Assembly (NCBI GenBank): GCA_040954595.2 | Contig: JBECUI020000032.1 | Coordinates: 152,570 to 216,569 of the forward strand | Direction of reading: 5' to 3' | Length of the DNA: 64,000 nucleotides | Origin: Balanoglossus misakiensis | Taxonomy: Eukaryota > Animalia > Hemichordata | In this document: positions 54,485 through 64,000 of the stretch, piece by piece | Layout: each line of letters begins with the position of its first letter | How positions within the stretch are numbered: position 1 is the stretch's first letter | The notes under the pieces: model-generated | Database searches by the model: none | What the model saw: only the letters and a program-made list of their open reading frames with translations | Told to the model about the DNA's origin: nothing | Translations under genes and position numbers: made by a program

Positions 54485-55909
54485 ATGAGTCCACATTTAT
54501 TTCCCAGGCGATATTTTTTTATAGCTCTTTTTGTTCTATGGCCGCTCAGCTTAGGGGGACTGGAGCTCAGCCTCAACGGAAACCCATGGAAAGTCTACAC
54601 AGGCGCCGCATTAGAAGCCCTAGCCGCCCCCCTAATCCCCCCTGGCGAGAGGGAGATTTCCCTGATTTTACCCCTGGAAGAAATCTACCCCTGGCTGGAA
54701 GAACTTCATTCGCTGGCAGCCCAAACGGGAAAGAACAGCGTCTTTTGGGAAGAATCGCTGGACTGGGATTCCAGCTACCTTATAAAAAGGGATGCTACCT
54801 GGGTATTACGTCATGGCCAGGACAGCTTTTCCGCCCCAGATAAAATCAGCCTTTGGGGAACTCTCCTTGAAGTGGAAAGCGTGGTGGTCTGGGATACCGT
54901 AGGAGACAGGGCCCTGGAAGAGGAGTTACGCGATAGTCTGCGCCTCAGAGGTATAGAACTTGTTTGGAAAAGAATTCTTCAGCCGGTGAACTCCCTAAGA
55001 AGGGCAATTCCCACAGAAATACCGGATCTGATGGTCCTTGACGCACCGGCTATTCTGGCCTTACAAGAAGATCTCAGGCCCCTCACCCCCCCAGCCGAAA
55101 CCCTCACCGCCTCAGCCCTAAGGGCCTTTGCCCTCGAGAACACGGGAACTTCCCTACTTGCCGCTTGGCCTGTAAGCGGCTCTACCTGGGTGTTCCTCTA
55201 CGACTCCCGAGTCTTTAGCCCCGCCACCGAAGCTTCTCTCGAAGGCCCATTGATCCCCGGCCTGGCCCCCTCTCTTGAAGAAACCGATCCCCGCTCCCCC
55301 TACACCTGGGATGCCCGACGTTTAGAACCCCTTTTAACCCTTCTCCCTGAGGGAAAAAATACTCTTCCAGACAAAGAGGAACTACCCCTTTCCCCCGAAG
55401 CCACAAAGCTTCTTTCTACCTGGATTCAAGCCGAAAAATCAGGTTCCCTACTGTTCAGCGAAGAACCCCAGACCCTTTTAGCAGCAGGGCTGGCCGCCTC
55501 AGGAATTCTTCCATCTCCAGAGGCTGGGCTCCTTATGGAAGAGAACTCCTGGTGGAAGGTTCACCTTCTCCCTTCCCTTCCTCTTTCTTACCGCGGACTA
55601 GCCGTCCCCAACAATGCCCCCCGTCCCGCCATCTCGCAACGGCTGCTTAAAGCACTCACATCGGCCTCGTCCCAATCCCGCATTACTCCAGCCTCGGGGC
55701 GCTTCTCGGTTCTTATGGACAGCAGAAAAGGATACACAAAGCCCTGGGACGAAGCCAGAAATAGAGGGACACCCTTCCCGAGAAGTCTCCAAGAAGAAGC
55801 CTTTGCCCAAATCTATAGACGAATAGGGCGCTTACTCCTTTCTGAGCAGCTCAGTTTTAGTGCCGGACAAGAAACTCTTGCCCAAGCCCTTGCTGCCGTC
55901 GTAGAATAA
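54485..55909 (+). CDS. Exported hypothetical protein, C-terminal part solute-binding-protein-like
   Basis: 474 aa ORF with signal peptide; weak PDL/GLAV features. Confidence 0.55.
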   Translation: MSPHLFPRRYFFIALFVLWPLSLGGLELSLNGNPWKVYTGAALEALAAPLIPPGEREISLILPLEEIYPWLEELHSLAAQTGKNSVFWEESLDWDSSYLIKRDATWVLRHGQDSFSAPDKISLWGTLLEVESVVVWDTVGDRALEEELRDSLRLRGIELVWKRILQPVNSLRRAIPTEIPDLMVLDAPAILALQEDLRPLTPPAETLTASALRAFALENTGTSLLAAWPVSGSTWVFLYDSRVFSPATEASLEGPLIPGLAPSLEETDPRSPYTWDARRLEPLLTLLPEGKNTLPDKEELPLSPEATKLLSTWIQAEKSGSLLFSEEPQTLLAAGLAASGILPSPEAGLLMEENSWWKVHLLPSLPLSYRGLAVPNNAPRPAISQRLLKALTSASSQSRITPASGRFSVLMDSRKGYTKPWDEARNRGTPFPRSLQEEAFAQIYRRIGRLLLSEQLSFSAGQETLAQALAAVVE

Positions 55910-55990
55910 TTTAGCTGTAAAAAAAATTCATAAAATGTAAGAAATCGCTGGACCTAAGCCTGCTCTATCCATAAACTAACCATAGCAATT

Positions 55991-56063
55991 GGCGCCGTAC
56001 CCAAGTGGCTAAGGGAGAGGACTGCAAATCCTTTATGCAGCGGTTCGAATCCGCTCGGCGCCT
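55991..56063 (+). tRNA. tRNA-Cys(GCA)
   Basis: GGCGCCG/CGGCGCC acceptor stem, GAGGA-CTGCAAA-TCCTT anticodon arm, GGTTCGAATCC T arm; CCA not encoded. Confidence 0.97.
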
Positions 56064-56094
56064 TGAAGACCTTTTTAAGAACTATGACCTTAAG

Positions 56095-57071
56095 CTAAGA
56101 CAGCTCATTGGACAAACAGTCAATCACAATGTTTCCCGCATGGGGTTTGTCCATGATTTCTTCATGGGCCTGTTCCGCCTGTTCCAGAGGATAAACCACT
56201 CTTATCGGAGGCTGGATCTCACCATCCTGCAGAGCCGTATTGATCGCCTGGATGGCCCCATCAAACTCTTCTTTACTGAGATCCAAAATACGCAGCCCTT
56301 GTATGCTTCCCTCGCTGCGAATCAGGTCCCGAGGACTTATCCTTACCTCACCGCGGCTTCCGATAACCATAATACGCCCTTTAGGGGCCAGAATCTGTAA
56401 ATCTGCAGCAAGATTAGTCTCGGCACACATCTCCAGAATAAGATCGACACCGGAGGAAGCAAAAGTTTCCATAAGAACCTGCCCATAGTTGTCCTGACGG
56501 TGATTTAAACACCCCCTTACACCCCTGGGCCTCCACCAGCTTTCGTCCCTCAGGGGAACCCGCACTCCCCATGCCTCCAAACCCAGCTTACGGGCCCATT
56601 GAAGAGCAGCTATACCCACAGCACCAGAAGCTCCGTGAACAAACAAGATCTCCCCAGAATGTGCCTCTCCCCTTAGCAGGGCCAACCAGGAAGTAACATA
56701 CGGAATATAGAGACAAGCTGCCTCAGGAAAACCCAAACCCTCCGGCAAGGGAATAACCTGCCGCGTAGTGGCCAAGCAAGCCTCAGCATAAGTTCCAGTA
56801 AGCGCACCAGCCAGATAGACCCGCTGACCTATCTGAAAAGAAGAACCCCGGGGCCCATGGCATCAACCCAGCCAGAACCATCAATCCCCGGTATCCATGG
56901 AAGTGAAGGCTCATAACCGTAAATTCTTGACCGCATATAAGTATCCACAGGATTTACCCCTGCAGCAGCCAAACAGATACGCAGCTGCCCCGGCCCCGGC
57001 TCTGGTAGGGGAACCTCTCGAACCTGGAGCACCCCCGGCCCTCCATAGTTTTCCACCAGAACAGCCTTCAA
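56095..57071 (-). CDS. qor: NADPH:quinone reductase (zeta-crystallin/MDR family), frameshifted as assembled
   Basis: GVNPVD, PGIDGSG, HGASGAVG. Confidence 0.88.
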
Positions 57072-57075
57072 CCTT

Positions 57076-57637
57076 CTAAATCCCCCTACTATGCTTTAAA
57101 TACCAAAACCAAGCCTGAACCATAATGGCACTATCGTAGGGTGGATGACCGATGGAGGCCGAAAGCTCACGAAAAGAAACAATCTGGTGATCCAAATACT
57201 CATGTTCATCCAGCTGAGGATCTCCCATCTGTTTTAAGTTGGTGGCCAAAAAAGTTGTGGAAGTATTGCTCATAAAAGCAGGATTAGGATTCACCTGACC
57301 AATAGCCTTAAGCTCCTGTGCCGCATACCCCGTTTCCTCCAAAAGTTCCCGATAAGCCGTAGCCCCCGGCAACTCCCCTGGCTCCACTGTCCCAGCAGGA
57401 AATTCCAAGCTCAATCGGCCACTTCCATGGCGGTACTGACGACAACAAGAAATTCAGGCATTTCTCCCTCTTGGGCAAACTCTGGAATAATAGTAACCCA
57501 GTTAGGAGCATCTACCCTAACAAACGGAACTTCCCGACCATCAGGTGCCTGGCGGAGAATTTCTCTAACAGTAAAATCCGGCATCCCAGAAGCTCCCGGG
57601 ATTTCAGATTTTTCCACAACAGATGATCAGCACACAT
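57076..57637 (-). CDS. NUDIX hydrolase (ADP-ribose pyrophosphatase-like), frameshifted as assembled
   Basis: EFPAG..EPGE....TAYRELLEETGY Nudix box. Confidence 0.88.
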
Positions 57638-57926
57638 GATTTATCACTCTACAACCTTCTCCCCCCCAAAGATACTCCTTCTTTACACCAAAGGGGAAGT
57701 TCTTGGAAGCACCGAACTCTCTTGGGCTTTACCCCAAAAGCATCCCAAACCAACACCAGCTATCTATATAAGATTAATAAGGAAAACAAATGCAGAACTT
57801 TCTTAGCAAGCAAGACCTACAGCAACAAGGAAAAACTTAAGCTTAGCTCTCCCCCACCGCCGCCACGATTTTCCATACCGGCCCTACCCGAATTAAAAGA
57901 TTAATTCCCGACGGGAAGACTTCGAG

Positions 57927-58646
57927 TCACCTGCGCCTTAAGCACATAGCTATCCTGATAGCGTGACAACCACGGATCTTCCTGGCATACAACTTCGCCT
58001 CATCCTCAATATCAAAAGCCCCGATTCTGACACGGTACCAGACCTCTTCGTCATCCCCCCCCCAAACATTAATGCTGGAAGCCAAGCCCCTGGCAGCCAA
58101 ATCATCCCGGACTACCTCAGCCATAGCAGCACTGGACCATGAACCCACCTGCACCCAATAAGCCTCTTCTGTTACAGTACGTTTGACCCTAAGATCTGCC
58201 TTTGGAATAATCGGCTTAGGAGCCCTTACCACCGCAGCTGGCAAAACCGCAGGGGCAGCTTCCTGTGTAGGGGGAGTTTTTTCCTCTGCAGGGACAAGCT
58301 CCCCCGCAGCAGCAAGCGCCCCAGCATCCATATCGTTGCCCCCTTGAGTAGAGGAATCATTAGGATCAAGCACAGGCTCCTCTACCAGCGGCTTTTCTAT
58401 TTCCAGGACAAAAGGAACCGCATCTTCCTGATCCAAAGGAGGAAATTCTGCATCTTCCCGAGCCCAAGCAATAGGATCAAAAGCCTCAGTATCGGAAGGA
58501 ATATTACCCAGTGCCAAAGCGGAACGGAGCGGACCATTGCTAAGAGGACTAAACAAGTAAAGCCCTGCAATTACAGCAATGGACAAAACACCCAAAGCGG
58601 AAAGGAGTATCCAAAGCGTAGAAGACTGTTTCTTATCGTTGTCCAT
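57927..58646 (-). CDS. SPOR-domain membrane-anchored protein
   Basis: N-terminal TM, acidic/Pro linker, YWVQVGSW and WYRVRIGAF. Confidence 0.85.
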   Translation of the reverse strand: MDNDKKQSSTLWILLSALGVLSIAVIAGLYLFSPLSNGPLRSALALGNIPSDTEAFDPIAWAREDAEFPPLDQEDAVPFVLEIEKPLVEEPVLDPNDSSTQGGNDMDAGALAAAGELVPAEEKTPPTQEAAPAVLPAAVVRAPKPIIPKADLRVKRTVTEEAYWVQVGSWSSAAMAEVVRDDLAARGLASSINVWGGDDEEVWYRVRIGAFDIEDEAKLYARKIRGCHAIRIAMCLRRR

Positions 58647-58886
58647 AGCATCCCCCATACCTTCAAGTTTCGGCCCACTTAACATGGAATTAAGAATTTT
58701 GTTCTCCTTCAATGGTGTAGTGGAAAGAAAAAAACCTGGACTGGAATAAAGACAACACACCCCCTAGCAGCATCCCCTCCCCTCTTTTACCTGGAAAACC
58801 GAAAAATCGAACCCCACAAAAAACACAGAACTTCAAAAACACACCCTTCCCAGGACAGAACCCTTTCCAGTATGATAGTACATACA

Positions 58887-59958
58887 ATGGACAGAAACAC
58901 CATAAACAAACTCAACGAGCTCAAAAAACGACACACGGACTCCAGCAATTAGTCTTTGATTCCCAAAAACTTAACAAACTTCGAGACTTCAAAGAAGTAA
59001 TGCAAGAATACAGATATTTAGAAGAAACCATGAGACTTTACAAGGAGCTGCAAGACAAAGAACAAACCCTCATGGAAACTCGCGAAATGCTGGAAAACGA
59101 AAAAAACAGCGAACTCAAAGACATGGCCAAAGAAGAAGTAGACATACTAACCAAGGCTCTGGACAACCTGGAAAACCAATTAAAACGACACCTCGTACCC
59201 CCCGACCCCTTGGACGGCAAAGACATTATCATAGAAATCCGCGCAGGAACTGGAGGAGAAGAAGCCGCCCTCTTTGTTGCCGACCTCTACCGAATGTACG
59301 GCCGCTACGCTGAAAGCAAAAAATGGAACGTAGAAGTTTTAGCCTCCCATCCCACAGAAATTGGAGGCTTTAAAGAAATCATCTTCTCTGTAGGAGGAAA
59401 AAGAGTCTACGGCAACCTGCGCTATGAATCAGGAGTTCATAGAGTCCAGAGAGTTCCCGTCACCGAATCAGGAGGACGCATACACACCTCCGCAATTACC
59501 GTAGCGGTACTACCAGAAGCAGAAGAAACCGACATCGACATTAACGAGCAAGACCTAAAAATCGACGTCTACCGCTCCAGCGGCCCCGGAGGACAAAGCG
59601 TAAACACCACAGACTCAGCAGTACGCATTACCCACATTCCCAGCGGCATAGTCGTAACCTGCCAGGATGAAAAAAGCCAAATCAAAAACAAAGCCAAAGC
59701 CCTACGCGTAATGCGCTTCCGTATTCACGAAAAAGAAGAAGAAAAAAAACAAGCCGAGAGAGCCGCCACACGAAAAACCAAATAGGCAGCGGTGACCGTT
59801 CCGAACGCATCCGCACCTACAACTTCCCTCAGAACCGCATTACCGACCATCGGATCAACTTGACCCTCTACAAGCTAGACAGTATCATGAACGGTCAGCT
59901 TGACGAACTCATCGAACCCTTCAAAATAAACGCCATGGAAGAAGCCTTAGTCCTATAA
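58887..59958 (+). CDS. prfA: Peptide chain release factor 1, frameshifted as assembled
   Basis: [23 protein letters not shown] (PxT), GPGGQ; C-terminal [16 protein letters not shown] lies in another frame. Confidence 0.96.
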
Positions 59959-60044
59959 ACACCTCAATAAAAAACATTTCCGACCCTGGAAAAATTCAGC
60001 ACCCAAACAGACAACTCCCCTATAATTGTAAGTCCAAAGAATTT

Positions 60045-60117
60045 GGGCGTCCGGGCGGGCTTTGCGGGCTTACGGTCCTTACGGACCGCCTTCGGCGCCC
60101 CTCCAATCCCTGACGCA
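60045..60117 (+). ncRNA. Structured repeat, Flavo-1 RNA motif-like (copy 3)
   Basis: Reverse complement of the elements at 4229 and 20285. Confidence 0.55.
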
Positions 60118-60241
60118 GAAAACCCATGTCTGTAGCCCAGAAGGCAAACACTTCAGGAATTTTCTGTTGTCTCTAAACGGCAAAAGAGGTAAGTATAGAC
60201 ATTGTTTGTATTAAATTTTAGAGGGAATTGTAAAATATAGA

Positions 60242-60358
60242 ATGAGGACCTTAGAGAAAAATCAGCTTGTTGTCCCTGACCTTTTACCTGACGACCTCCT
60301 GCATTAACCTCACCCCCACATCAATAACCTCCCAGGCCAACAACCCGACACCCCCCTC
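60242..60358 (+). pseudogene. Emptied lipoprotein paralog: signal peptide joined directly to the C-terminal tail
   Basis: MRTLEK/ISLLSLTFYLTTSCINLT is followed immediately by CCCCACATCAATAACCTCCCAGGCCAACAACCCGACACC (PHINNLPGQQPDT). Confidence 0.75.
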
Positions 60359-60701
60359 TGGGAGGGGCCTTGGAAGGCTTCCCCGCCAAGGCCATACAGC
60401 CCCATCTCACCCCCAAACCCTAGCCCGCACCTCTCCTACCAGCAATCCCGTCAAGCAAACCCGCCCCCAAGCCCCCCCACTTCGGGCGGGCCTTGGAAGG
60501 CTCACCCCAACAGACCAGACCACCTCCCAAACCACTCCTTCCCCATAGCAACCTTCACTCCCAAAACCGTACTTCCCATAAAACAGAAAATAATCTTTTA
60601 AAAACTGGGTTTTCCCTCTAAAACGCAATAAACTTTTATACCGTAGTGTCCTTATTCAATATTACTGCTCAAAAAAAAAGTCTTAGACTTAAGGACAAGA
60701 C

Positions 60702-60731
60702 TTGACCAAAAAAGTATCACTACGATAAGTT
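60702..60731 (+). promoter_or_regulatory. sigma70-like promoter of paralog G
   Basis: TTGACC-N18-TAAGTT at the position homologous to the B-E promoters. Confidence 0.45.
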
Positions 60732-60769
60732 AGACCAAGTAAAATCAAACTTTTAAGGAGACCCAGCTT

Positions 60770-63645
60770 ATGAAACATATGAATTTATTGACTCACTCAC
60801 TCACTCACTCACTCACTCACTCACTCACTCACTCTCCGCGTTAGGACAGCATAGAAATACCTTAGCTAAAGCTAAGAAACTCCTCCTTTTCCCCCTTGCC
60901 TTTTACCTCTTAAGCTCCTGTAATAACCCCGCTGCTCCTTCCTTTGAATCGGTCACCTACCGAGACAACGGCACGGAAATCACCATTACTGGCCTGGCAA
61001 CACAAGACAGCACAACCCTCACCATACCCTCTGCCATTAAAGACAAGCCTGTAACCACCATTGCCAAAGCAGCCTTTAAAAACTCCTCCCTTACCAGCGT
61101 AACCATACCAGACACTGTAAAAACCATCGAAGACGAAGCCTTCAACGCATCGGCCTCCCTTGCCGAAGTTCACCTAGGAAACGGCATTAGCTCCATAGGT
61201 AACCGAGCCTTCGCAGCTACGGCCCTCACCAGCGTGAGAATCCCAGACAGCGTAACGGCTGTAGGAGACGAAGCCTTTAACTTAGTTGCATCCCTAACCG
61301 AAGTTCACCTAGGAAAAGGCATTAGCTCCATAGGAAGCCTGGCCTTCGCCGCTACGGCCCTGACCAAGCTGACCATCTTAGCCCCAACGTCCCCCAGCTT
61401 TACAGGCAGCCCCGCCGAAGCCTTTCCTTCATCCTTAACGGCTATTACCTTAAACTACCCCATCGGATCCACTGGCTACTCAGAAGCCCCCTGGAGCGGC
61501 TTCGGCACACCCACAGCGTTCCTAGACCCCGCTGTCATTGAAAACGTAGACCCCGAACATCAAAGCATCATCATCAGCCTCAAAGCTCTGCCTGGCGTCA
61601 CCATCACCGTAGCAGCGTACACCGAAGCCGCATTTACCGGTAATGCCGCCGCAACAGCAGACTCTGACCCAACGGCAACAGCAACCCAGGACATAACCTT
61701 GACAGGCCTGACAAACGAAACCCCCTACTACCTGCGGGCAAAAGCATACCAAGACGACCCAGAAAAACCCACCGCATGGATAGAACTCTCAAGCAACCCC
61801 AGCATCCCCAGACCACACCCCACAGTCAGCATAAAAGGGGTTAGCCTCGACTCCGCCAATCTCACCCTTATCCTCAGCATCAAAGCCCTAAGCGGGGTCA
61901 CCATCACCGCCTCGGTACACAACCAGGCTGACTACGCAGACCAGGCCGTGGACTCAAAAACTCTCGAAGCCTCAGGATACTTACAGGTGATAAGTTTTAC
62001 TGGCTTGACCAGAGAGAATCCCTACTACATTCGGGTTCAGGGAAAAACTCCCAAGGGGAAACAAGCGACTGGACAGAGGCCCTAGGCAATCCCTACATCT
62101 TCCCCATCGCCCGCATTACCGATGCCATACCCCGTTCAGGAAAGATAACGGCCATGGTTGAGGCTCTCGCAGGTACAGAGGCCAAAATCCAGGTCTCCAC
62201 AAATGAAGATTTCACGATGATCACCAAGGAACTCACCTTTACTGGCGAGGGCCTGGGCAACGAGAAAGCCCTGGTCATAGACGGGCTCATTGATGATAGC
62301 ACCCACTACCTGCGTACCCTCCTGAGTGACGACAGCGCTGAGTACCGCTATTCCACGCCCCTCATCCCCACAGCCGACGGCAAGCAGCACATCCACCGCC
62401 TAAGCGAACTGGCCAAAATCGGCGTGGATACGGAAAACTACCCCGAAAGCTGGAGCTATGAGTTGAAAAGCAACCTCAACTTCGCTGACGCAACAACGAC
62501 GGAATTAAGGATGACCCCTACGACATCGACAATTATACCGATAACGGGAACTGGGATCCCCTTGTCCCTGGGGTTTATACCGATGCTGGAACCACCTACC
62601 AAGGCGGTGGGTTTGCCGGGAGTTTTGACGGTAAGAATTACAGCATTGAGGGGATGATTATCTCGGCAGGTACAGACGATGGAGTTGGTTTTTTTGGGAC
62701 CACGGTTGCTCGAAGTGAGATAAAGGATCTGGGACTGATTGGGGGCTCTGTTTCTGGGTTTGGCTATGTGGGTGCTTTGGTCGGCGCTCTTCTGCTACCA
62801 TAAGCGGTAGCTATGCCACGGGGGATGTCTCGGGGTATGGTGGGAATAATGTTGGTGGCTTGGTCGGATGGACCGATGCTGCCATAACAGACAGCTATGC
62901 CACGGGGGATGTCTCGGGGCAGGAGTATGTGGGAGGCTTGGCTGGGCTGAGCAGTGGTCCCATAACAGGCAGCTATGCCACAGGGGATGTCTCGGGGGTG
63001 GGTACTGCTGGTGGCTTGGTCGGATATACCAGTGCTGACATAACGAACAGCTATGCCACGGGAGATGTCTCAGGGGAGGAGGATAACCTGGGTGGTTTGA
63101 TTGGATCTACTCCTTACAATTTAACCATAACAGGTAGTTATGCCACAGGAGATGTCTCGGGGACGTCGAAGTTGGGTGGTTTGATTGGATTCACCGCGTA
63201 CAATCTGACTGATATGACTTCCGTTACTCTAACAGATAGCTATGCTACTGGGAATGTCTCTGGGGAACAGATAGTAGGAGGCTTAGTCGGAGATAGCTAT
63301 GCTACCATAAGCGGCAGCTATGCCACAGGGGATGTCTCGGCTACTATTGATCAAATTGGGGGGCTGGTAGGAGTATTAAGGAGTCAAGGTACCATAACCA
63401 ACAGCTACTACTATGACAACCAGACCATCACTTCCCCTGAAAACGTCACCCCCAACACAGAAGGCAGCGAGGTAACCCTGGTTCAACTAAAAATCCCAAG
63501 CTGGTACACCTCCACCGACCTAAGCAGTCTAGGCTGGACCGCCGAGAACTGGGTCATCACAGGCCGGGTAGACGGCACCCCCCCCTACCACCCCCACATC
63601 AACAACTTCCCCAACCAACCCAACACCCCCCTCCCAACCCCCTAG
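60770..63645 (+). CDS. Lipoprotein paralog G (extra LRR, additional Fn3-like domain, GLUG) with 5' SSR; frameshifted as assembled
   Basis: ATG at 60770/60779 after AAGGAG; lipobox LLSSC. The frame from 60841 is open to 62085; further pieces are 62154-62657 and 62860-63645. Confidence 0.82.
60791..60834 (+). repeat. (ACTC)11, equivalent to ACT(CACT)10C, SSR inside the 5' end of paralog G
   Basis: 44-nt perfect tract. Confidence 0.95.
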
Positions 63646-63689
63646 CCATCACCCCCGCAAATGCGGGGATGATGCCTCTACCAGCACCC

Positions 63690-64000
63690 CCGCCCTCCAA
63701 GCCCCCCCACTCTGGGAGGGGCCTTGGAAGGCTCACCCGCCAAAGCCATACAGCCCCATCTCACCCCAAACCCTAGCCCTCACCTCACCCCGCAAACCCA
63801 AGGGAAGCCCTATCCCTACCAGCAATCCCGCCCCCCAAGCCCCCCCACTTCGGGCGGGCCTTGGAAGGCTTACCCCAACAGACCAGACCACTCCCAAACC
63901 ACTCCTTCCCCATAGCAACCTTCACTCCCAAAACCGTACTTCCATAAAACAAAAAATAATCTAAAAAAACTGGGCTTTCCCTCTAAAACGCAATAAAACT
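63690..64000 (+). repeat. Copy of the inter-paralog spacer (matches ~60345-60640)
   Basis: Shared ...gccttggaaggct...accactccttccccatagcaaccttcactcc...ccctctaaaacgcaataaa. Confidence 0.85.

Noticed and set aside
55991-56100. tRNA-Cys as an integration site
   Set aside because: No integrase and no duplicated tRNA 3' end seen in the window.
58887-59958. Frameshifts in prfA as programmed frameshifting or pseudogenisation
   Set aside because: The programmed shift belongs to prfB. This is RF1 (PxT motif), there is no CTT TGA site, and the breaks look like single-base indels such as the A-run near 59775.

Overview
Bacterial chromosomal window, probably a spirochaete (inferred from spirochaete-style lipoboxes, the tandem cNMP-domain Crp-like protein and a Flavo-1-like repeat). 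Both ends carry a family of predicted surface lipoproteins built as signal peptide II + BspA-type LRR + Fn3-like domain(s) + Asp-rich linker + variable GLUG repeats. The left cluster (1-20.2 kb, minus strand) has six full-length copies (A-F) and two decayed ones. The right cluster (60.2 kb to window end, plus strand) has one full-length copy (G), one emptied copy, and probably another copy beyond the edge. Four copies carry a (CACT)n tract (n=18, 17, 20, 10) a few codons after the ATG, and all four are out of frame as assembled. Each of these has its own sigma70-like promoter, and the gene bodies are mosaics of each other. This points to a phase-variable, recombining adhesin/antigen repertoire. 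The middle holds housekeeping and metabolic genes: crp-like, glyA, lon, argA, PliI, a sugar ABC/catabolic cluster, a 2-oxoacid:ferredoxin oxidoreductase operon, rlmE, nnr, mnmA, a multicopper-oxidase homologue, tRNA-Cys and prfA. It also holds a decayed IS256 interrupted by two perfect 30-bp palindromes. Many single-base frameshifts, including in prfA, indicate uncorrected indel errors, so reading-frame status must be treated cautiously. All family assignments come from recognising motifs by eye; no searches were run.
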